From Massalongia carnosa (Eukaryota): 64,000 bases of DNA. The translations under genes were made by a program, and so were the position numbers. The stretch lies in the NCBI GenBank assembly GCA_965645245.1, contig OZ287073.1:1798001-1862000 (forward strand), read 5' to 3'. The notes below the pieces were generated by a model, which did no database searches, had not been told where the DNA came from, and saw nothing but the letters and a program-made list of their open reading frames with translations. Shown here piece by piece: positions 12,456 through 23,500 of this stretch (positions are counted from its first letter, which is position 1; each line of letters starts with the position of its first letter).

Positions 12456-13892
12456 TCATCTACTCATTCCCAGCTCATCATTCTTTGCGCTACCTGTTTC
12501 TTCGCTGGATTTTGGGTTCTCAGCTTCATTCTCTTCTTCGTCGCTTGTATCATCTTCATCATCTTCATCATTCTGACCTTTAGCCGTAGCTTTGACTTGA
12601 TCAGAGATGACTGCTAGCAAGATCTCATTGTTTCCATCAGCCGCATTTTCCTTTCTTGCACCCTTCTTGTCCTCCTCGTCCTCCATCACCCTATTCATCA
12701 GATTTTCCCATTCGTGCCCTAACTCTTCTACTAAGCCAAGGAGCATATTCTTGGGTAAAAATCTTCCTGGAGTGCCCCAGTACCACTTCAAAAATTCCCT
12801 TTTCAGAGTTTCGCCTGTACGTTGTTCTCTCCAGGCCTTACGAAGAATCTGAACGCAATAATGAAAAAATACATATCGAGCTCGAGGCCGAAAATCACTT
12901 CGAAACTCAACATTAGTTCCGTCTAGGTCTCTCCATGTTTGATCCGAGCCGGGACGAATCATGAGGTTTATCTCAGAGTAATTATGGTCGATGATGAAGA
13001 TCTTGTACTCCTTCGGCTTGGAAGCGTTCCAAAGTGCTACCTGTTCTCTTGAGGGTAAATCTGGAAGCCGAGGGACAATTGTTAAAAAACCTTTGTCGAA
13101 AATGTCTTCCACCGCCGTGCTTAAAATTAATCCGTTAAGCGGCGAAAATAGTTCGGGAGTGTCTGTAGGACCGAAAATTGCGTCCATGGTATCTTGACCA
13201 TGCATATAGGCAAACAGGTGGGATGCCGATGTAAACCTCGCGTCAAACCAATACTTTACAATAGGACACCAAAAGAACCTCTTTCGAGGATCAGGATCCT
13301 TCGAGTTGTATGCGTCGATCATATTGGTCCTGAACTCGCCTTGAGCGGAGGAGCAGCGTTTCCCCGCACTCGTTGAAGTGATTCCGAGTCCAAGTTTACT
13401 TATCGTGAAAGGTTTGACGAAGCTTCGACGGAGCGACCTACCCTTGTCCGCTTTGTTTCCTTCTCTCTTCAACCTATCAGCTTGTCGTAAACATATCTTT
13501 TCGTCAGCTTGCTGCGCCCGAAGTTCTTCGAGTAGCTCAGCTGCCTTCCTGCTCGAAGCCCATTTCACCTCGTCTTTCCCACCGGTCAAAAACTCATTCA
13601 GGGATATCTTCCTTTTTAACTCGGTGACACCTTGCATATGACGGGCCACCTCTGCTGCACGTGTCCAGAATCTTGCAACGCGAGGGAGGTTAGTGATTGA
13701 TCAGGCTAGGGATTCTAACTGGACAGATTCCTACGGCGTGTCAAAAGAGCCTTGAGGTTTGAGCGCCTTTCTTGCCCTCTTGAGATCATTGTTTGCCTCG
13801 GCCTTCTCCTTCTCGAGATTGTCTAGCTGTCGTTTACTTGAGCTCCGCGTTGGTATCTGGAAGGGCAGGGTGGGCTCATTAGGGGAAGTCAT
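12456..13892 (-). CDS. Fungal HNH-endonuclease domain protein with a charged, probably coiled-coil N-terminus (exons 13892-13735, 13671-12456)
   Basis: WCPI...ASHLF...IFG...ELFSPLNGLIL...FDKG..TIVP HNH_2-like pattern; 63-nt GT-AG intron 13672-13734 with a CTAAC branch keeps the frame. Confidence 0.75.
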
Positions 13893-14113
13893 GACAGAGC
13901 TGTAAAGTGCTGGTAGCGATAGAAACGGAAGTGAACGTGAAACTGAGGTGAAGCTGGATGAGAAAGTTGAGATCAGAATGAAACCGGGGCGAAAGTAGAA
14001 TTGAAGGGAGTATTCAACTGAAGTTAAAGCTGAAGAGGAAGAATGAAAGTTGAAAGTCAAAGTCGAAAAGGAAGTGCGCACCCGGTCACACTAGCCCCGA
14101 AAGAGCGGACATG

Positions 14114-14297
14114 TGTCAATGAACACGTTCAGGCTACCTATAGGGTTAGGGTATCAAGCTGTATGGGCTAATGTGGAATATGGGTGAAAAAGAGTGGTGT
14201 GTATTGATATATGGGAGGTCTAGGCTAGCTAACTGATAATAGGGGTTCGTGGGTCATGTGACCCATGGCGGGTCATGTGACCCCTAATCGCCTGACA
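14114..14297 (-). repeat. Copia-B 3' LTR
   Basis: Inverted TGTCA termini; adjacent PPT GGGGGGGTA on the minus strand. Confidence 0.75.
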
Positions 14298-14395
14298 TAC
14301 CCCCCCAGCTTTGACCAAAGCTGCCATGACCGAAAAACCTATATTAGGTGAAAAATTCCCATGTTTTACCTTGATTTCTAGTGATTTTGGCCGAT

Positions 14396-17300
14396 TCAAT
14401 TTGGGGCCGTATTTCCCTTCTTCTGATTGGCCAATTTCTTCTGATTGTTGACCAGGTCCATGGCATTGACTAGCCCTAATAGCTTGACGAAATGTTGATG
14501 CTTTTGAGGAGGTACGATCTTGGTTAAACCATCTGCGACCATCTGATTGGTCGGCACATAGTCAACACATAATTCCCCCCTTTGCACAGATTGCCTAAGC
14601 CAGCATTGGGCGACGTCTATATGCCTCAATTTAGTGTCAGTTTTTCCCATTTCGGAGGTTAAAATGCGAATTGTCTGTAGGTTATCATTATAGATGACTA
14701 TATCTTGATCAGGGTTAATTTGTAGCTTTTCAAATAGATGTATCCACTATATGAGCTCTTTACCCGCATGAAGCATAGACAATAACTCGGCCTCAGTGGT
14801 TGATGTGGTCACGGTCAGTTGCTTCCTAGCGGCCCAGTCAATCATCCCACCAAATAGCTTGAATGTATAGCCCTCGGAGCGTTTCCTATCTGGGTTATTT
14901 GCATAGGATGCATCAGCCGTTGCCTCAAAAACCTGCTTATTAGCCGGGACCGGTCCATGATTTGCCATAGTAGTGATTTCACCGCCCCCTTTGGCCGAGT
15001 ACTGGATTCCTAGATATTTCGTCCCATATAGATAACGTAGGCAATGGTCTGCAGCCCTGATATGACTAGGTCCCGGGTTGGTCAGATATTCAGCTAATTT
15101 TGAAGCTGATTTTGCTATATCTGGCCGAGTCATAATAGCTGGGTAGCATATTGATCCAACTTTCTTCCTATATAGATGCATTCTGGCCGGATCCACCTCC
15201 CCCTCATATGGCGCCAGTTCTTCATTGAATATGGGCGTTAGAGGTGTTTTAGCCTCCGAATTATCATCTATGTCATATTCCTTGGCTAATTTGTTCATAT
15301 AGGAGTCCTGAATCAAGTGGATCGTCTTTTCTTCTATGTTATGAATGACCCGTACGCCTAGAAAATAGGTTAATGGACTCATGTCCCGTATTTCGATCAT
15401 CTTCATGAAACGTTGCACATATTCCTCGACTTCGGCTTCTTTTTCGGGCCGATAAGCCATTACTATGTCGTCCACATAGAAGAATAGTATGATTCCCTCC
15501 GTATAGAATAGGCATGGTTCGCCTGGCACCTGTTTTAACCCTAGTTCTATGCATTTGCCGATTAGCATTCGTAACCATAGAAGGGGTGATTTTCTTTGGC
15601 CATATAGCGCTTTTTTCACTTTTAGCACCTTCTTTCTAAGCTTAAAACCATCAGGGCAAAAAGCAGTAAATATCTCGTCATTGTGAGCGTTTAGAAAGGC
15701 GTTAATAGCGTCCAACTGCCTCGTTTTCAGCCCGAATGCAGCAACTAATGCCATTAATGCCCTAAACACCTTGAAGGCTAGTGTAGCTGCATAAACATCT
15801 TGAGCACTATCTTGCTGTAGGTCACCTCTAACCACTAGACGTGCTTTGAACTTTGCCAAATAGCCGTCCGAATCAGTCTTCTAGGTGAAACCCTATTTGA
15901 GGGGCAATATTGGCTGTATAGCCTCATCTTGATCAACTATTTCCCTTGTTTCTTTAATGGAAAAGTGCCTCCCATTCAACTTTAGCTGCTTTCATGAACT
16001 CATCTGCATAGGGATGCCTTAATAGAGCTCGCCAATGAGATGGGGGGCCGGGCAAATCATCAGTTCGGAGCTAATTGGTCATTCTCGCCGGTCCCGATCG
16101 ACCCAATGACATCTCGCCAGGAACGCTCCGTTCGCTTTTTTTACAGCAAAAAGAAAAAGAAACATCTCACATCAGCCTACTCTTTACAAAATCCCCACCA
16201 TAAACGCTGTATGAAATTGAGGGAATTTCGACATTTCTTCTGCTGACCAAGCTCCATTTGCAGCGTATCTAGGGTTTGGTTTCCTAGTACGTTTTCCCTC
16301 TATAACGTTTGCCTCATTTATCCCATCGCTCCTTTTTCCTGATGATTGCTCTATTTCCGTCACATTGAGGGGTGTTCGGCCCGTTTGCGGGAGTTGTGGA
16401 GGGTCAATTGTTGATGCCCTCACCTTTTTGGCCCCTCTTTTATCTATGGAGACATTATAGCTGGTATCTGGTTCAGGTGTTTCTATCGGCGTTTCCAGTT
16501 GCATGGGCGTTGATGAGGGACTTATTTTCTCCTGTATTTCGTCCTGACTAGGTGAGTTATCTTCTATGGTCAATTGCTCTATACGCTTATTGACTGATAA
16601 GTCTAGCCATTCTTCTTCCTCACTATCTATCTCCTGAAATGCGGGGCGTGGTTCAACTACATGAAACTCTATAAAGCTCGCTTTTTCAGTCTCCTTTAGC
16701 AATAGCTCCTTATTCGACTTATAGGCGCTATAAAGCTCATCTTCGTTGAATATGACGTCTCTATAACCGCTGACATCTCCCTTTTCTGGATTCCATATCC
16801 TGAGGATATTGGTTGAATCATAGCCAACCAAATAGCCAACAAATGCCCTAGGTTTCAACTTATTGCTTTTGGGAGGAGCATCGGCCCCTTTTAGCAATGG
16901 ATACGCCTTGCAACCAAACACTTTTAGATGGGCCAGCTCGTATCTGACTGATTGGCCCGGATTGGTCAGTTTCTGCAATTTGACCAATGGGGAGTCCCAT
17001 TCTAGAGCTTTATTGGGGGTTCGATTCATCAGATGGGCTGCAGCTAAATAGTACTCCGGATACAGGTCTTCTGGCATTTTTGCATATTCCCTGATGCATC
17101 GAGCTTTTTCAGTTAATAGGGCTCCGAAACGCTCCGAAACGCCATTTTGCTCAGGGGTATTCTTTGCTGACCATGACCATTCTATGCCTTGTTGACTGAT
17201 CCATGCTTCTAGGGCTTTTCCTATTGAGGTTTCTTGTCCCGTGCGAATCGTGGTTACCATTGAATTAATGGAAATGCCAGCCCTATCGCATTGATTGATC

Positions 17301-18227
17301 AAGCTTTTGAAGATAGGCAATAGGGTCTTATCCTTATGATCATTCAATGGATAAACCCATACATATGAAGTAAATTCGTCCGTAAAATGAGCTATACAGC
17401 TCGTTCCATCGAAGCCCTTATCATTAATGGTTAGGTCAAAATGAAGCACCTGATATAGCTTGATGGCACGCCCTGACGGAGCTTTATTGATGAATCTATG
17501 CATTTTGGAGACTGCACACGTTTCGCATTGAATGGTCCTAGGTGCGTTTTCACCACCTACACCTTTTGAAACTGTCACCTCCTCGATCTTCTTAAGCTGG
17601 TCAATCACCTCTGGCCGGCAATGACCGAGCCGAAGATGCCATTTCCATGGAGTTGCTTTTGACGTATTGCGTGGCTGCACTGAGTTAGCAAACCCTATAT
17701 CTATGGATTCAGGGTTATATTCTATGATTGAGAGCCCATAGTGCTCCTTTATTTCACATATTTGTTGCCCTGTCTCCTTAACTATAAGGGTATCAGTGAA
17801 CATATCCCAGAAAAAGCCTCGTTTTTTCAACTTATTGGCCGAAACCAACGTCACTGATGAATCAGGAATATAAGCTGTTCCTTCGAATAATAGCTCCCTT
17901 TTCTGGCCATTCAATAGGCCATTTACCCTCATTGTGCCATGACCATGGATTTTCATCTCCCCGTCGGGAGTGTCCACCCACATGTCTGACGAAGCTGGGG
18001 TTATTTCTCCTATAAACCGTGATTTATCATAGGTCAGAGGGTTATCGCATCCGGAGTCAAATATGACGCTTTTATGCAAGGGGTTATTTGCCCTAGATGT
18101 AACGTTCGCAAACGAGAAGGATTGACAAGGCAATTCAATGTGATTGTCCTGATTATGTTGATCATTCTCTGCTTTTTGGGAGCTCTTTTTGACTGACTCC
18201 TCAGTTATTCCATCTAGTACTCTACTA
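14396..18227 (-). pseudogene. Copia-B pol with several stops and frameshifts
   Basis: ORFs 16184-18247, 14747-15859 and 14396-14650. Confidence 0.9.
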
Positions 18228-20059
18228 CTCATCCAGGGTGCGTACAAGCTAGCAGTTACACTACGTATTAATAATGTTGCTATTACTGACTAAGTGTATT
18301 CAACACCTACAAATCTACCTATTGCGATGACTTCAACTCCAAAAACTCGTCAGCCAATTGCGATACATCATCTTTTCTAGGCTTCATGGTTTTGGCCACC
18401 TTTCTCACTTGAGCCCTAGCCTGTTTGACTGATTTCTCGACTCTTTGCTGAGATTCCAACTCCAACTGAGCCTTTGATTTCTTCGCCACACCCCGAGACC
18501 TTCGCGTTGTTGCAGAGGAAGTAGGGAGGATTTGACTGGCGCGCACGTTTTGGCTAAGACTATAAAGAGATGGAGCCGGCGCTGCCTGAGGTAGGGCTTT
18601 TTGACTATGCTTGGCAAGCACATCGTCAATATCTTCGAGCGAATCCGACGATGCTTCTGATGTAAGAATAATATCATTTTCGTCATCCGAAGGAAGCATA
18701 GGATCCATAGAGCGACCGAGAATGAGCTGAGTGCTTATATACTGCACCTCGTCATCGTCGTCGGAGACGATAGACGCGTTTTCAATTCTCTCCATAACTA
18801 ATTTTTCTCCTAAACCTATTGTACCCAATATTAGCCGACCCGAGCGCAATAACTTTGCAACATCGTGAGTTTTACAATCTGTTTCACCTTCTGTTTCACC
18901 TTCAACCTCATCGTCGCCCCCAGCACGCAATCTATTATATCTAAGCCTCCTCCTTTGTTCAATAGAGTCCCTTCGCCTAGTACGTCGCTGTTCAGTTTCT
19001 CTAGCCTCAGCTGCCGCGCGACCAGTGTAGGCACGTCGACGACTCCCTCCTTTGTTATACATGAGGTTTTCTTTGGGCCAAATTTCGTCGGGGAATGTGG
19101 TGGGGATGAGAGGTCTTACCAGCTCCTTCTTTTGCCATTTCTTATTGAACTTTTCAACGATGTGAGCATGCTCGCGAGCGTACTCCTCCCTTCGATGAGA
19201 ATCTTCTATTGATTGATGCAGGTCAATAGATTGATATGCCACAGAACGTAGCAAATCAAGGCCCCCGCGGCGAAATCTATCCTCACTCAACATGCCTTCT
19301 TCGAGCTCGACCTCATCCTTATCCGCCTCAATCTCTCCCGTTCCTTCGACCTCATCGACGATCTTTTCGACCTCGGGCTCCGAGCCGCGAGCGAAATCGA
19401 AGGTCATTTGCCAAGAGACCACATAAGGTGGGCCATCAAAAAACCAGGGGGGGTGGATGAGGAAAACAGGAATAGGGACCGAGTCGATGATGCAGTTATA
19501 CAACCAGCATTTGCATGGGAGACCGTACCTTAAAGGCAATTCACAATCATAGACACAGCTTCCACCATCAGGGACAATAGAAAGGATTCGTTCAGCTAAT
19601 GATTTGGCGGCATCGAGTTCTCTTGAAACGAGGCCAATGGCATGATGCGTAATTTTCCCAATGAGTAGCGTAAAAGCATTTCTATCGATCAATCTAGGAT
19701 TGCGGATTCACTGTTGATTGCACAAAATCTCCTGATCTAACTGTTTTTTCCGCACCTCATCACATATTTTCTGCACCGATTGTCTTATAGGCAAGGGCAA
19801 ATGGTAAGTGAGGGTGAGGGTGAGGGTGAGGGTATGCTTTATAAGACCGAGTAGGGTAATTATTAGTAGCAATAACACGTCATACGATTTAAACCGAAAA
19901 GAGTTTAATGTGCTGTTGGCAGTTGCATTACTAGCTTGTACGCACCCTGGATAAGCAGTGAAATGGCTATTTACTAGCAAAGATTTACCACAGGGGGGGA
20001 CGGTCGGGGGGGACGGTCGGGGGGGGACGGTCGGGGGGGGACTGTCCCTAAGCACCTCG
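18228..20059 (-). mobile_element. Internally deleted, non-autonomous copy of MULE-A; one TIR truncated
   Basis: 18228-19790 matches 35592-36911 plus 47245-47498; 19790-20059 matches ~49320-49556 including the TIR. Confidence 0.9.
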
Positions 20060-20339
20060 TAAAAGCAAACAGGCAAGCAGACAGGTTATCAGTGGTCGCG
20101 CGTGGCAACTAGGTTAGGTTGGGTATGGTTAGGTTCAGTATGACTAGGTTGGGTTGGCTAGTTTAGGTGGAATATGTATGCATGCGTTAGATTTGACTGA
20201 GTGTTTAGAACGTAAACGTAGTTATTAATGCTTTATCGCAGCATAATCTAGTCAATGAAGTTACATTCCTACTGCTACATTCCTACTGCTACATCCTATA
20301 TATACATTCCTATATATACAATCCTCGTCATTCGCAACA

Positions 20340-22915
20340 ATGAGCAGCTCGCAGATGATAGATTCAGAGATATACGATCTTCAAGTTGTGGGCAAACCCA
20401 CCAGATGCTACACATATGTGGCCGAGAAGAGTGAGGAGTTTATGGAATGGTGGCGAAGTACGAGATGGCATTTTGCTAATGAAGAGAAGAGTAGAAAGGC
20501 GATGAAGAAGATCGATTGGGGATCGACCAAAAGAAAGGCGGCGGAATGGAAAGAGTTTCAGGAAGGCGCCACTGTGGGCGATGGTAATCCCAAAATAATC
20601 TGCTCGCGATGCTCCCTGGTCTTGACTCATCCCTCACTGGGATCCGGAAATAACTGCATGACTAATCACTTAAATTCCGAGTCCTGTAAAAAGACGTCGA
20701 CATTGAAAGGAATGAAGTAAAGGTTGGATATCGTGCCGAAGTATGACTACCACAATGACTACCACATTACGTGCTTTGCTAATCAATATTAGATTGAAGC
20801 AAAAAGACAAGAGGCCTTAACTCTCAACGGGCGTAGACTAAAAAAGGATGATTTCACGCCTCAATTGCTTCGTATGATTGTTGCTCTTGGGCTACCGTTA
20901 CGAAGTGTCGCCAATGTCGAATTGCAAAGAGCGTTCAACTGTCTGCTCGATAATGTACAGTTTCCTTCACCATCGACAATCAAGAATCGCTTGATGACCC
21001 GAAGTCAAGAGATTATTCCGCTTTTGCTCGAGAGGCTACCTAGGGGTAGTTCAAAGGTCTCTCTGGCTTTGGATTGTTGGTCGTCATTGAATCGTCAAGG
21101 TTATCTGGCCATCAATCCTTACTTCATTGACGATAAATAGAATTATCACGAAGTGCTTCATGCCTTCGAACACATTGAAGGCTCACACACGGGAATAAAA
21201 CTTGCTGAAGTATTGAACAGCGTTTTAATTAGACATTCTATTGAAGATCGTGTTTTGGCATTAACCACGGACAGTGCATCTAATAACACAACGATGGTAG
21301 ATGAGTTGCGACGAATGATACGAAGCAATCGAGCCTTGGCACTTCTACACACTGATGCTAATGAGATACAGCGAGTGCCTTGTTTATCGCATGTAATTCA
21401 ACTTGCCGTGAAACAGCTACTTGGGTGTATTCACATTAATCCCAAAAATGCCGATTTCAAAACTAGCTGGGATGATAAGCAAGATAGACGGGATTTCGAA
21501 AACCCGACACCTGGAGTTCCCCTTACGCTAGCTAAGGCAAGATTTATTTTGTGGTAGTCGTTGTGGTAGTCGTTCTAAATTTCGATTAGGTTCGAGCATT
21601 AGCTGTTTACATTAACAGTAGCAATTTACGTAAGGAGAACTTCTACGCTGTTCAACGAGCATTGAATGACGAAGAGAGACGCACTGGAAACTCGGTCAGC
21701 GGTACAGTACTTAAGCTTTTTCAAGATGTAAATACTCGATGGGACTCCACATGTCACATGTTAATTCGAGCGCTCAAGTTGCGACAAGCGCTGAATAGAT
21801 ATCACGATAAACATGAAGCCGAGTATTTGAGATTGCTCGACGTGGAATGGTCACAGATAGAATATCTTATCGATTTAACGAAGCTATTCTGCGTCTTCAC
21901 AAAGATGATTGGTCAATCAAAGCAACCGACCATTCATCAGGTGTTCGAGATCTACAATAAGCTGTTCGATCATCTGGATCAAGCTCGCGCAAGATTATCT
22001 CGTAAGCGAGTATCGTGGAAACGTGCGCTATTGAATGGCATCGAGGCGGCTGCAACGAAATTACGTCAATACTATTCTAAAACTCAGGGGTCATTAGGTT
22101 ATCTATATGGAAAGGCGGCATTGCTATCTCCCAATAAGAAGGACCTAATTTTCAAGGGTCCCAATTGGGATGCGCCCTATGGGGAAAGTCGATGGGAAGA
22201 TCAATATTGGCAATCTGGAAGCGGAATTCGATATCTACGAGAATTCATAAACCTCACAAGTACGCGGGCGTAATGTCGCGGTCATTCGAGACTTGAATAA
22301 TCTGGATCTTCTTCTGAGTACGAATAATGCTACTCCGCTCGCTCTAGATGACGAGTTCAACTGCTATCGTCAGCGAGGTAGGTTAACTGATACAATAAAT
22401 CAGGTCTTTTCTCATTGTGTTCAACTTATTTACAATACACAGCGATGCATGATCGTTCGGGTCCTATTCTACAACAGTGGAAAGATCTCGAGCCGGAATT
22501 TCCACAAATGAGTATGGTTGCCAGGGACATCCTTGCTGTACATGTACCAGCCGCTGGCGTTGGATGTGAGCGCGTTTTTAGCGTTGCGGGAGCCCTTTAC
22601 GATCATCGCAAGAATTTTCATCCGGATACATTCTCCGCGATGATGATGGTTCGTTTCTACGATCAGAAGGAGAATGCAGATGCAAGTTTACACGTAGATT
22701 TGGAAGAAGAAGAAAGCATGAGTCTTGAGGATTTGACTAATGAGATGCAAAGGCGACATGAAGACCTAACACAGGTTTTTCAGAAGGTCTACATTAGTGA
22801 TGAAGAAGACGATAACAATGACGAGGACCAGTTAACGCAGATCGGGTCATCGCAGGTTGAGCAGGTCTCAGCGCGAGATGTAAGCATCGAGTCACTTACT
22901 TTCGTGTCTTCTTGA
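20340..22915 (+). pseudogene. hAT transposase pseudogene (BED finger, DDE core, dimerization domain; introns)
   Basis: CSRC...HL BED finger, LDCWSS, TTDSASNN, PCLSHVIQL, TRWDST, ERVFS; premature stops at 20718 and 21138. Confidence 0.92.
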
Positions 22916-23034
22916 GCTAATTATTCTACAGAAAAGTAAGAAACGAACTTACAATAACAGAAACTCCATTTCCGAGCAACGCGATAGGAATAAGAGGATT
23001 GCAACGCGCACAAGAAGGGGTAGGCTTCCATCAA

Positions 23035-23215
23035 GCGAGGAGGTGAAGGAGGGTATGATAGAGGAGGGTGTGGTGGATGAGGTGGAGGGGGAGGAGGAGG
23101 AAGAGGGTGTAGTGGATGAGGTGGAGGAGGAGGAGGAGGAGGAGGGTGTGGTGGAGGATGAGGTAGAGGAGGGGGGTGGAGAGGGTGGGGGTGACAAGAA
23201 GGTGGAGAGTAAAGG
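23035..23215 (+). repeat. Low-complexity GAG/GGA-rich tract
   Basis: (GAG)n and GGTGTGGTGGA units. Confidence 0.8.
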
Positions 23216-23500
23216 AAGAGATGGCGAGAGACTTTCTTTACGTGGTTTGAATAGGAAGCGATGAATGGGCGACATACTTCGATATTCGATAGAAGATAGC
23301 ATATGAATTTGTGATAGTCTTTATGGTAGTTCGACGTCAACGAAATAAATGTTTTATCTATAATCTACATTTTACTTTGTGATAGTCATTAAAATAAATC
23401 TACAACGATTGAAAATCCTAACTCATGTGATAAATATTGCATTCGTGTTTTGTGGTAGTCATGCTAGTAGTCATCATTTACACTCGCAGATTTTTTCTGT

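Larger units (their letters stand above)
14114..18227 (-). mobile_element. Ty1/Copia element (Copia-B), decayed and 5'-truncated
   Basis: 3' LTR 14114-14297 (TGTCA...TTGACA) after a G-rich PPT; FDSG protease, WHLRLGH, PEQNGVSER, YVDD and ADGLTK motifs; gag and 5' LTR missing. Confidence 0.92.

Noticed and set aside
16075..16180. Possible ~100-bp insert with a hairpin inside Copia-B pol
   Set aside because: Lies in the variable INT-RT linker; no TSD or defined ends
22921..23340. Poly-Pro, poly-Ser and poly-Glu ORFs on both strands
   Set aside because: Explained by the low-complexity GAG-rich tract; no domain signature
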